A DNA stretch of 64,000 nucleotides from Octopus sinensis (Eukaryota), in the NCBI RefSeq assembly GCF_006345805.1, contig NC_043002.1, forward strand, positions 44,578,001 to 44,642,000, in the 5' to 3' direction. The notes below the pieces were generated by a model, which did no database searches, was not told the DNA's origin, and saw only the letters and a program-made list of their open reading frames with translations. Below, in pieces: positions 1-11,349 of the stretch. A program made the translations under genes and the position numbers. Numbering within the stretch: position 1 is the stretch's first letter; the number at the start of each line of letters is the position of its first letter.

Positions 1-1620
1 TTCTGGAGTGGGGACAAGATTCGCCCTTCTCAACTTTTCTATATTTTGTGACGTCCTCTATTTTTTTCCACTTTTCTTCTAGGAATTGATGTATGGAGGT
101 TACTCCAATGAGCGTAGCCCAGTTATTGGTAGTGTTGTTCTTAGTCATCGAGTTTTGCTTCGTGTTTCATTTTGTTATTGCTTTCATCACTGCTCTTGTT
201 GTTGTTTTTGCTGCTATTACTAAGTATGCTGTGGCTATTCATGTTGCTGCTATTATTATCTTTGTTACGTTGCTGCTGTTGCTGTTGTAGCCGTCCTCGC
301 ATTCGCACTAATTTCATTTGGAACCTCATGGTAAAACTTCCATCGAACACGTTGCCTGTCGTTTAGAGAGTTGTGGGCACCTGATGATACTCTAGATGCA
401 AGATACTCTTCTCGGTCTCCGCTTAATCCAGTTCTGCAGCACTATAAAAGAGACGAACTGGGAAAACGAGAGTCTAACAAACTACGTCTAAACCTACTAA
501 TTGTTGAGGAAGCACTGAAGATGCCGTGGTTCCAGTGCATGTTCGCAAATAATAAGGCAGGGCATGGCCAATGCTCCACCCAGTAAATGTTGACAGAAAA
601 TGGACCGTCTGACCAGCGAAACCCATCCTTTCAACGGAAAATAAAAGAGCAAGTGATCCAGTTTTTCTGCCATGGAACGAGACACTCCACGTTGCTGCCG
701 GGCAGTAAGGACTCCCTCTCCAACAGCCGAGCCGCAGACTGAATGATTTTCTTGATTATGTTTTGTTCTACACAGAATTCCCCTCAATACCACTAATTTC
801 TGCAATGCTGGCTCGTGTACCATTACTTATGGAACAAGGGACAGTGGATCCAAACGCATGATTATAAGCGGTTCAGATATAAGGCCATTAACTCTACAAA
901 CAGGGTCGGAACCAGCCGCCGTGAGGACAGTCGCCAAGCATTGATGATCAATGCAATCAAAATCTTTTTATTTATCTAAAATCAACCAGCTCCCGTCTAT
1001 GCCAGGATACATACACACCTATATGTTGTGTGATGTAGAGATTGTCGTTCCAGTACGTCGGACTGAATACCTTTCCCAGGCGCCTCCTCTACGTTTCTAA
1101 CAAGCTAGCTCTCCTTCTAGTCTAGAATTTCCTGTCATATTTCCTTAATAAAACCTTATCTACTCTAGTCTAAATGCTCTTATCAGGTTAACTAACTGGT
1201 TGAAGATTACTCCCGTCAACAGTTTTTTAACTAACTCTTATCTAGACTCTGTAAAGTTGGCGCACCGACAAAGATGCGTACTTTATCCAGTACTCAACCT
1301 TTCTAGATCAAACGTGCAAATCACAAATTTTTGGTCGAGGAAGCTGACTACGTTGTAGTTTGGATAACAATTAATATCTATATTCTCAAGTCAACAGAAT
1401 ACTCAATCTAGATACGATTTGACTGACCTGATACTATTTAGCCATATCCATATTGCCACCTACAGGAAATCCAGTCGGCACTTCTCAGACAGTTGGAAAC
1501 ATTAGAGCAGCTTTGCCAGGTTTTCGCACCTTACTCTCCAGGAAGAGTATATAGCACCGTAAACTTCAGTGGCATTTGAATCCATAAAGTCAGAAGTTAT
1601 GCAGCTAAGCACTTTGTCCG
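1..1620 (-). mobile_element. Decayed L1-clade (Tx1-like) retrotransposon remnants: end of APE domain and RT fragments, followed by the low-complexity ORF1 start of a probable second copy
   Basis: Minus-strand motifs SYLD*VFC and an SDHKFV-like and GYWKLN-like stretch (~1250-1420); RT stretch HQCLATVLTAAG (~900-950) similar to AVLTEAGFGPVF at 33887; Q/N/S-rich ORF at 141-350 resembles the starts at 30600 and 60490. Many stops and frameshifts. Confidence 0.55.
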
Positions 1621-1830
1621 ACATGCTGACAATTCTCCCGGCTCGCCGTCTTACGCATAGTAATAATTATAATAATTGCTTTTAGGGGGCAGAGTGTTAG
1701 ATGTTGCCATCACTGCAATGCTTCACTTGTATCTTATTTTTTATCGTGCCAAAAAAGGAGGAAAAGTAAAGTTGATCTCGGCAGCATAATAATAATAATA
1801 ATAATAATAACAATAATAATAGTAATAATA

Positions 1831-2328
1831 AGTGTTATCATGTACATTGTTTTGTCTTGGTATAAAAGATGGGCTACAGCAAATATTCCGCTCAATACCA
1901 CAGATTTGCTTGTCAGTTGTTTGACCTTAACCAGTTGAGCATGTCCCTTAGTGGCTGACGATATGTGCATCTCTGATCACGAGCAGAAGTAGTGGGGGAG
2001 CATCATAGCCATGTGTTGAGAGGGATTCTTTGGGGTTTGAATAATTCACCTCTGGAAACATGGGTGGTTCTTTCAACATCCTTAAACAACCCTTATTCAG
2101 GGACCTTTTGAGCGGGATGGGCTACTCAACCTGAAGAAAATTCTAACTGGGCCCCACCTGCAAGGTCATGTGCTGTTTATCTTGATATGAGATCACCATG
2201 TCGCGCACATATGGTTGTGATGCATGTGCCTGGTGTACCCTTATCAGACGGGTAGTCATGATGGGTATACTGGGCTTCGTATATTTTACCCCAGTGTCAC
2301 TTTGATGGCATGCACTGCTCTCTCACTC
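1831..2328 (+). mobile_element. Non-coding ~530 bp (TAA)n-tailed interspersed element, copy 1 (5'-truncated)
   Basis: Aligns by eye over its full length with 2414-2945; ends ...CTCTCACTC then (AAT)n; preceded by (AAT)n. Confidence 0.8.
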
Positions 2329-2341
2329 AATAATAATAATG

Positions 2342-2405
<64 letters not shown>

Positions 2406-2413
2406 TAATAATA

Positions 2414-2945
2414 AATTCCCTGATGCAGTACCAAGCAGTGGCTCTCATGGCTTGTGATGTACATTCTTTTGTCTTGGTATAAAAGATGGGCTACAGCAAA
2501 TATTCTGCTCAGCACCATAGATTCGCTTGTGAGCTGCTTGACCTTAACCAGTTTAGCATGTCCCTTAGTGGCTGACGATATCTGCATCTCTGATCACAAG
2601 CAGAAGTAGTGGAGGAGCATCATAGCCATGTGCTGAGATGAATTCTTTGGGGTTTGGATTATTCACCTTTGGGTACATGAGTGTTTCGTTCAACATCCTT
2701 AAACAACCATTATTCAGGAATATTTGAGCGGGATGGACTACTCGACCAGAAGAAAATTCTAACTGGACCCCAACTGCAAGGTCGTGCGCAGTTTATTTTG
2801 ATATGAGATCACCATATCGCGGACATATGGTTGTGATGCATGTGCCTGGTGTACTCTTATCAGACAGATAGTCATGATGGGTATACTGGGTTTCGTATAT
2901 TTGTACCCCTGGGTTACTTTGATGTCATGCATTGCTCCCTCACTC
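2414..2945 (+). mobile_element. Same element, copy 2 (defined 5' start AAATTCCCTGATGCAG, ~30 bp internal deletion)
   Basis: Flanked by (TAA)n on both sides; same 5' start as copy 3 and same 3' end as copy 1. Confidence 0.8.
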
Positions 2946-2988
2946 AATAATAATAATAATAATAATGATGATGATAATAATAATAATC

Positions 2989-3040
<52 letters not shown>

Positions 3041-3045
3041 TAATA

Positions 3046-3159
3046 AATTCCCTGATGCAGAACCAGGTAGTGGTTCTAATGGCTTCTTATCTTAACTGAT
3101 TGGAAGTGTTATATCATGTACATTGATTTGTCTTGGTATAAAAGATGGGCATACAGCAA
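3046..3159 (+). mobile_element. Same element, copy 3 (5' part only)
   Basis: AAATTCCCTGATGCAG...TCTTGGTATAAAAGATGGGC matches copies 1 and 2. Confidence 0.75.
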
Positions 3160-3479
3160 TAAATGACAGGAGACGACGTCTAACCTATTTTCAATAAAAA
3201 ATGTGTAATTACGCCCCTAACGAAATCCTTGCAGAATCAAAATGCGACTTCATTAAATCACTTCATATGTGCAGTAGCATTCGCATGTATCAAAGTAAAG
3301 AAAATGAGACTCAAAAGGAACATGCAAAAACAGCCAAAATGGAAAGAACAAAGAAATTGAACTGCTTAGGGGTGAAGTTTCCATGTTAGATTAATTATCT
3401 AAAGAGAACAACTTCAAAACAGGATAAGTCAGAACAGCGTAGTACAAGTATAAGTTAACTGACATAGATTAAGTAATAA

Positions 3480-5660
3480 AATGCAAAGAGTTGGTAAATG
3501 AAAATATATGGCTTAAAGCACAACGTATCCGTAGGTTTGATAAAAGAGGTAGCTTCTAAGTATTCAAAACGAATGCAACACTTTTTTAGAGAGAAGTCGG
3601 AAAGCAAATAGAAATTAAGGATCCGCTTGAAATGCATGAGATAGAAACTTTCCGAAAAACTATGTGGAGTAGTGACAAGGAATTTAATGAAAATTGTAAA
3701 TGGACTGCAAGAAGGGAAGAAAAGATGGTGACTGTAGAACAGAACTGGGAAGCTATCACTGTCAAGGAACTGAAAAAACCCCATCAAAGGGTCATACGTA
3801 GAAATCCCCTGGGTATGATATGATACCAAACTTTTGTTTGAATGCTCTGACATCACCACGCTAGCATTTATCTGAGTGTTGTTCAGACATCATGGAAAAC
3901 TCAGAAAAAAAATGCCATTTTGGATCACCCAAGAGATAACTTATATGCTGCTTGAAAATGACGAAACGCAAAATCCGATGAGTTACAGGCCGATTACGTG
4001 CTCAGCTACTTCTTTCGAAATGTTGATATCAATTCCAACGGAGCACGCATACCAATCTCTTGACCAGCATGGCATTCCTCCTTTAGAGCAAATGGGCTGC
4101 CGTAGGAATTCTTATGGCTGCAAAGATAGACTTCTGATTAACTGAATGATACTTGAAAACGGTTCTTCTAAAAACCGTAATCTTAGTACACCTTGATTAG
4201 ATTATCACAAAGCATTCGATAATGTCCCTCGCCTGTGGATAGCAGAAACTCTGGAATGGACAAAATATTAATAATTGTTAAAGGTTTTCTTCGCCAACGT
4301 ATGGGGATGTGGTACACAAAATTGTGCCTCAATTATTATAAAGGCTAAAGTATATCAGACACTATTAAGATTAACCCAGTTTATATTTCAGGGAGACTCA
4401 TCGGCCCCATTACTTTTTTTGCTTAGCACTCATACCTCAGTTACATGTGCTGAACCGTACACGATATGGACACAACATCTTTTACAGTACCAGCTCACAC
4501 CTTTTTTATATGGATGACCTCAAGCTATATTCAAAATTTAATAATGATCTGGAGTGACTACTATCAATAGCGAAAAGATTTAACATGGAATTTGGCTTGG
4601 ATAACTGCGCCAAAACAACGCTTAAACGGGGAAAACTCATTTCTACATCATCCATTACGCTAAATTACAACACTGTCATCAAAGAATTAGACCAACATGG
4701 AACATACAAATATCCAAGAACAAATGAAGAGAAAAGAATCCAACACAGCGCCATGAAGGTAAAATTCAGGAAAATATTATAAGAGAGTAAGACTGATTAT
4801 GAAAATAGAACTGGTTTCCCAGAATAGGATTCTAGCCATTAACTCACTTGCTGCCACAGTTGTACAATACAATTATAACATATTCAACTGGAATATAAAT
4901 GAACTTAAACGAATGGACACCAAAAGTAGGAAAATAATGGCAGCAAACAAGGTGTATCATCCAAAACCTCATGCTCATAGTGTTTACGTTACCCGAAATG
5001 AGGATGATAGAGGTCTCATCTAGCTAAAATTATCCAACAATACTACCACAGTAGAACTTAATTCATATGCTATATCCAGAGTAACTACGACAGAACGATA
5101 CAGCTAGTAGATCAAAACGAAGAGAATAAAAACCTACATTTTTCCATTAAAATGGCATAGAAGTATAAAATAGAACTAAGCTTAGATGTAAATGGTAATA
5201 TCAAAGCTGCAATGCTAACAGAAGCAGCAAAACTCGATAAACAAAATGCTAAAAGAAAAAACCCTGAAAAAGGCTATAGACAAATAGCTGGAGAAATCAT
5301 TCCATAGTCAGTCAGTATTCAAAACTGAAGCACATATAGAAGATCACAGCAGTGATTGCACAGTTAATGTCTAAAGGCGGAAACTGAAGGTTTATAAAGG
5401 CAGGTCAGAATCAATTTCTACCGGCAGCAAACTACCCAGCAGATGTTCTCCACAATGTTGCTGACTGAAATTGTAGACTATGTGATAATGGTATTGAACC
5501 CATCGACCACATTGTAGCTGGCAGCTCTAAACACTCAATAACCGAGTACAAAACAAGAAATGACCGAATATAGCACCAACTACACTGGACATTATTATCT
5601 GTCGTCATTATGACATTCTCTTTCCCAAAAGAAAACCACTAAAATCAATCATAGAGCATA
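3480..5660 (+). mobile_element. Decayed R4/Dong-like non-LTR retrotransposon (RT region)
   Basis: Fragments FRKTMWSSDKEF, YRPITC, EQMGCRRNSYGCKDRLLIN, IFQGDSSAPLLF, MEFGLDNCAK, LAINSLAATVVQY; many disablements. Confidence 0.8.
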
Positions 5661-5729
5661 AGAGTTACTATTGTGTAGGACGTCTCTATCCATAGCGAGG
5701 GACAGATAGAAACCAATTGACCGGATAAC

Positions 5730-6498
5730 ACTTGACCGGAAACAGAGTCTCTAATATGTGCTGCCTAAGAGCAAGCATTAATAACCAATTACATCAAATA
5801 CAGAAAAGACAACATATCAGAAAGTGATAAATCCAAAATTTGTGGACAAAATGGTGAAAACGTATGGCATATTATCAGTCAATATACGCCAGTAGCCCAG
5901 CAAAAATATAAAAGACGTAATGGCAACATAGCAAGGATTGTCCGTTGGACACTTTGCAACAAGTATGGACTTGACAGAGCAAAAAAGTCGTACGAACCCA
6001 GACCCGAAGGCATAATCGAAAACGATAATGCAAAGCTCCTATGGGATTTTATTACTCATTACGACCATGAGAAAAAGAATATGAAACTAGATATAGTGTT
6101 AATTGAGAAACAAAGCAAATTATGCTGGATCGTAGATATAGCATGACCAGCTGACAACGAAGTATGCAATAAGGAAGAGAGAAAGGTCGATAGATATGAC
6201 GGGTTAGCTTGGGAGGTTAAGCAGTTGTGGTCGCTGAAAAAGGTGGTAGTAATACCAATATTTGTCGGAGCCCTGGAAACAGTGAGTAAAAATCTTCAGA
6301 AGTACATGGAAGAAATATGGGCTGCAATAAGGGTTGAGCACTTGCAGAACTGCTTGGAAGAACAGCACTGCTTGGAACCGCTCGAATACTCCGGATGGTG
6401 GTCGAAAAATAATGGGTGTTACCGTAGTTCACTGGTAGTGAACAGCTGACACCGTAATACATCTCAAGCGCTAGAAAGTGTGCAAAGACAATATCTAA

Positions 6499-6500
<2 letters not shown>
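5730..6500 (+). mobile_element. R4/Dong-like element, 3' part, family A (endonuclease domain and 3' UTR)
   Basis: IIENDNAKLLWDF, PD-type motif region, KKVVVIPIFVGALETV; 3' UTR with GTTCAC-TGGTA-GTGAAC hairpin shared with ~28100; ends in (TAA)n. Confidence 0.8.
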
Positions 6501-6533
<33 letters not shown>

Positions 6534-6550
6534 TAATAATAATAATAATA

Positions 6551-6641
<91 letters not shown>
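6501..6641. repeat. Compound microsatellite (TAA)n-(TGA)n-(TAA)n
   Basis: Read directly. Confidence 0.95.
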
Positions 6642-6642
<1 letters not shown>

Positions 6643-7290
6643 TAAGAGGGGTATCTTCCAAGGGGACTGTCTGTCACCACTGAACATTGTACTGTGCTTG
6701 ATACCACTAACACTGTATTCAAAAGCCGCCAACAAAAAGTCAACCATTTGTTATTCATGGATGACTTCAAACTTTATTGTAAAGATGAAGCCCAAATCAG
6801 TTCCCTCGTTGATACGGTGTATACCTTTAGTGCTGATATCGTAATGGGACATTGATCTCCAGACAAAGTTTTAGAGCACCGAAGGCCGGATATAGTAACC
6901 TTTAGGAGGGACAAAGAAGAGTGCCTAATAATTGACGTAGCAGTGCTAGGAGATCAACATATCATCATGAAAGAAAGAGAAAAGACTGATAAATATGCAA
7001 ACCTGAGAATTGAGATCATCAAGATGTGGCAGCTACGGGAGTTGAATATAAAGGTTATCCCTATTGTCATCGGAGCAGTAGGTTCAATGCTACCCAATCC
7101 AAAAACAAAACATCTAGAAACCTTAGAGGCAACCTACAATCTAGATGTATTGCAAAAGTCGTCATTACTTAGAGCTACACGCGGTACTATCTGTCTGGGG
7201 TCCTTGTGACTTGGCAAACAGTACAAAGCCCCGGTAGATAAATTATCTTCAATCAACAGCCTCACGATATTATATACTATGCGACGTCTA
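6642..7290 (+). mobile_element. R4/Dong-like fragments: short RT piece joined to an endonuclease/3' end (family D)
   Basis: RGIFQGDCLSPL, (F)MDDFKL; HRRPDIV, IIDVAVLGD, EKTDKYANLRIEIIKMW; ends in TAA units. Confidence 0.75.
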
Positions 7291-7319
7291 TAATGATAAT
7301 AATAATAATTTGGTGAGAA

Positions 7320-7560
7320 AATATTTGTAAACTAATAGATGTAAGTGTTTCTGTTGATAAGAATATGTCAGTCAAGGAATTTGACAAACTAAGTAAATGT
7401 AAGAACCTGGAAATTGAAATACAAAAGATGTGATATCTTAAAATGAGAACTCTTCCTGTTATTGTGCCCTAGGGATGATCCCAGGAGAACCATGTCTCAG
7501 AGAAATGCAAAAGATTGCACTGACAAGTACTACCCATATCTTTAGGAAAAGAAACCTATC
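7320..7560 (+). mobile_element. R4/Dong-like C-terminal fragment
   Basis: NMSVKEFDKLSKCKNLEIEIQKM matches the C-terminus encoded at 26762-27277. Confidence 0.6.
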
Positions 7561-7969
7561 CAGTTAAATGTCTGTGATGTATTACATGGAGATATTTGAC
7601 TACCTCCCCTCCCCAAGCTTTCAGTCATATTGTTACATCTCTTATCCTTCAGTCGCCCCAGGACTCTGGGCTTGTCTCTGCAACTGATTGTAACAAAGAT
7701 GCGGATTAAAACTAAAAATAATGATGATGATAATTATAATAACAGCAACAACGAAAACAACAACGTAGATGTGCTACACCGGGTTCTCTATTAAAAAACA
7801 AATCTAATCTAATAACATCGGTGAAATGGCATAAAGGAACCTGTGGAAGATTTGAAGGAAGCGGCATTTTTACAAAAATAATCACATAAACGAAATTTTA
7901 CTGCCATATAAAGCATAGTTTCCCCCATGCATGATGTCTCAGTGAAACAGGTGCGAAAGACACATGCGA

Positions 7970-9495
7970 AATCAACATGGATGATTTAAAGCTCTTTGCA
8001 ACAACTACAAGGCTTATTATCAATTGTTAATCAATTCAGTGATGACATCAGGATGCAATTTGGCCTCGATAAATGTGCAAAAGCTACATTTATCAAAGGA
8101 AAATTTATAGAAACATCTAGAGTTAATCTTGACCAGCAGAATGTTATAAAGGAATTAGAACCAGCGGAGAGCTACAAATACTCAGGGGTATTTGAATGTG
8201 ATGGAATCAAATATTCAATGACGAGGGAAAGGATCAGAAGGGAATGTTATCGCAGGTTAAGGGCAATAATCAAGACAGAGCTGAATGCAAGAAATAGGAT
8301 CGAAAAGATCAATACTTTAGCCATACTGGTCGTGACTTACAGTTTCAATATCATTAACTGGTCAATTACTGTAATATGTAATCTTAACAGAAAAATACGA
8401 AAATTGTTGACAATGCATAGAATGCACCACTCTAAGGCAGATATAGAACGACTTTACCCGCAACGTAAAGAGAGTAGCCGTGGACGTTTACAACTGGAAC
8501 TAACAATGAAGATTGTCACAATTGGCCAAAACATCTACCTGAAAAATTTTGATGACTGGATGCTAAAATTGCTGCCTTAGATATTCTTACTGATAAATGG
8601 CAAGAAAAAATTCTCAATGGCAAATTCCCAAAGAGTGCCAATAATGCTGATGTTGACAAAGCCCTTACCCATGAATGGTTAGTGTTTTCTGGCTTAAAAT
8701 CAGAGACAGGAGGGTTTATCATGGCAACCCAAGATCAATGCCTACCTACAAGAAGCTACCCGGCCAACTTATTAAAGAACGACAGTAGCCCAGCATGTGT
8801 ATGTAAACAACACAATAAAAGCATTCATCTTGTTGTCCTCATGTGCAGTCTACTTGCGTCTATAAAGTATCTCAACAGGCATGATAGAGCAGCACTGTAT
8901 ATTCACTGGGTAATTTTCAAAAACCTGGACCTGCCAAATAATAAAAACAAGTGAGCACACAAACCATCTCCAATGCTTGAAAATGATCCGACGTCACTCC
9001 TCTGGAACTTCAGCGTCCAAACTGACAAAAAGATAGACTCGAATAGGTCAGACATTATATTGAAACACTTCAGACAAAATTCATGCTTCCTCATTGATAT
9101 GACTGCCCCAATCGTCATAAACTGAGCAAGTATAAAGATCTTGAAATAGAAATTGGTAAAATGTGGAACCTGAAGACTAAAACAATATCTGCTGTCATAG
9201 GTGCCCTAGGAATAATTGCAAACGGGGTTGATTCCTACGTAGCTCAGATGCCAGGAAATCCCAAATTGGCAGAAATTCAAAAAATAGTGCGCATGGGAAC
9301 TGCCTATATCCTACGTAAAACACTGTCTATGTAATCTCAAAGTTTAAAACAAACTTATAATTTTCTCATGTTTACTTAAGCATTCTCTAGAACAATACTA
9401 TGTGCAAACCCAAATATATAAAACCCCAGACATAACACCAACTTGAACTTCTAACTTGTCTCTTGAGGTCTCTGTTTGAGCAAAAGTCAAACATA
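7970..9495 (+). mobile_element. R4/Dong-like element family B, 5'-truncated and decayed
   Basis: MDDLKLF, IRMQFGLDKCAKATF, GLKSETGGFIMATQDQCLPTR, YLNRHDRAA; 3' UTR ...AAAAGTCAAACATA(TAA)n as at 57717 and 27360. Confidence 0.9.
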
Positions 9496-9501
9496 TAATA
9501 A

Positions 9502-9559
<58 letters not shown>

Positions 9560-9566
<7 letters not shown>

Positions 9567-10340
9567 TCTGATATGCTAAACAGGATTGGATGTGGATACA
9601 ATTCTTACGGCAAGGCAATCAGCCAGTTCTTATATATGGATGGTCTAAAACTGTACGCTACAAATGATAAACAGCTAGAAACATTACTACAGACAGTACA
9701 TGCATTTCCAAAGAAATAAACATGAAATTTGGCTTAGAAAAATATGCCAAAGCAACGTTGAAAAGAGGAAAATAGTCAAACGTAGCAACATCACACTAGA
9801 TAAAGCAAATGAAATAAGTGAATTAGATCAAAGCCAGACATACAAATGGTTAGGAATCAATGAACTAGATACAATACAACACACACAAATGAAACAAGAA
9901 ATAAAAACAAAGAAACTATAGACGAGATAGATAAGTACTGAAAACAGAGCTGAATGCGAAAGCGAAAAACAAGATATGTACCAACACTCTAGCTGTCCAA
10001 AGTATAATTTACAGCTACGATATCCTTAAATGGACACTAAATGAACTAATCAAAATTGACAGGAAAACATCAAACATAATGACAGGATTTTAAAATGCAA
10101 CACCCAAAATCTGACATAGAAAAATTATATATACAGCGTTTGGAAAGTGGTAGAGGCCTTTTACAGCTAGAATACTATTAGTGAATAACCATCATAGGAC
10201 TAAAAAAATACCTACTTCAGATAGCCACAAAACACGAACAAACAAACAAAAAAACAGTTTTTAGTCTCTAAGGAAGCTTAAAAATGAAAAGCAAGAAATC
10301 ATAGTACTTAACAGCTATGAAGATGCAGAAGAAACAAGAA
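9560..10340 (+). mobile_element. R4/Dong-like RT fragment
   Basis: LYMDGLKLYA, ELDQSQTYKWLGINE, GRGL motif; starts directly after a (TAA)n array. Confidence 0.7.
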
Positions 10341-10354
10341 AAGCTGTAAAACAA

Positions 10355-10649
10355 CTGAAATTATTTGTTTCTGTGATGTTGTTTGTTCTGATGTATTTCA
10401 GAATTTCATTGACATTTTTCGTTTCTCTGCTGAATTTCCACCGATCAACCTTTTTAAGGTTGCAAATAATGTCGCTATCCTTCTCCTGCAGTCATGTCTT
10501 TATTCTGTCGTAGATTTCCTTTTCTTCATCTGTCATGTCACCATTAGTTTAATTGCCTTCTTTTAGATCATCTATAATTCTCTCATCAAGTAAACTACCA
10601 CTGCTAATTTCCTGTGCTATGAGATTACTTCTATTAGTAAGAACAATAT
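10355..10649 (-). mobile_element. R4/Dong-like pre-RT (N-terminal) fragment
   Basis: LKKVDRWKFSRETKNVNEILKYIRTNNITETN, similar to the segment at ~56700-56850. Confidence 0.6.
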
Positions 10650-10650
10650 G

Positions 10651-10703
<53 letters not shown>

Positions 10704-10737
10704 CATTATTGTTATTATTATTATTATTATTATTATT

Positions 10738-10797
10738 CATGTCACTGCCTGGAATCAAACTCGGAATCTTCAGGTTAACCACTACCCCATATGTCCA
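10738..10797 (-). mobile_element. Inverted, internally deleted copy of the tRNA-derived SINE head
   Basis: 10738-10770 is the exact reverse complement of 10841-10873; 10775-10785 pairs with 10810-10820. Confidence 0.85.
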
Positions 10798-10871
10798 GGG
10801 CCTTGTGGCGTAGTGGTTAAGACCGCGGGCTACTAACCCCAAGATTCCGAGTTTGATTCCAGGCAGTGACA

Positions 10872-10941
<70 letters not shown>

Positions 10942-11100
10942 TAATAATAATAATAATATCGAAAAATACCTTAGGAATGAGAACCCAGGTTCGAAATTTT
11001 CCCCAAGACACCTGATGAAGGCTGGAGGCTCTATCAGCCGAAACGTTGTGTTAACAACGAACAAGATGAGGACAAATATCCGTTAAATGTAAATAATGTT
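10798..11100 (+). mobile_element. Composite SINE-like element: tRNA-derived head, (TAA)n linker and hammerhead-bearing tail
   Basis: A-box TGGCGTAGTGG, anticodon-like arm GGG-CTACTAA-CCC, B-box-like GAGTTTGATTCC; (AAT)n 10874-10957; tail 10958-11100 contains the hammerhead core. Confidence 0.75.
11008..11051 (+). ncRNA. Minimal type I hammerhead ribozyme (Penelope-type)
   Basis: ACAC-CTGATGA-A-GGCTG-(GAGGCTCTAT)-CAGCC-GAAAC-GTT-GTGT: stem I ACAC/GTGT, core CUGAUGA, stem II GGCTG/CAGCC, GAAA, self-complementary stem III (ACGT), NUH triplet GUU. Confidence 0.8.
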
Positions 11101-11349
11101 TGGCAACAAGTTCACGTTGCTGTTATGGCTAGGATGCCATACTTTTTGTATTGCTTGTAGTATTGTTGTAAAAAATGTCTATCAAAACATAAAAGTTTGT
11201 TTTGAAAGTAATTTCATTATAAGATGATAGTGTCATGTTAAGATGAAAGTAAAAGATGCTTGCTATTACGTACATTTAAAAGTATCTTGACGCTCTTTGC
11301 AAATCAAGATGTTTTTGGAATTACATAGTCAATATTTTACGCAGGATAT

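Noticed and set aside
2414-2480. HDV-like ribozyme at the 5' end of the TAA-chained element
   Set aside because: I could not fit the nested double pseudoknot by eye; only a short CCTG/CAGG-type hairpin is possible.
1831-3159. CRISPR-like or satellite array
   Set aside because: Eukaryotic context; units are ~500 bp interspersed-type elements separated by microsatellite, with no repeat-spacer structure or cas genes.
6217-6844. Long poly-I/M/Y/H ORFs (also 2327, 10549-11086, 27879, 60102-60737)
   Set aside because: Translations of (TAA)n/(TGA)n microsatellites; no coding signal.
10798-10873. Possible tRNA gene (Ser-like loop); also 54120-54199
   Set aside because: No proper acceptor stem, imperfect T-arm and attached repeat body; these are SINE heads.
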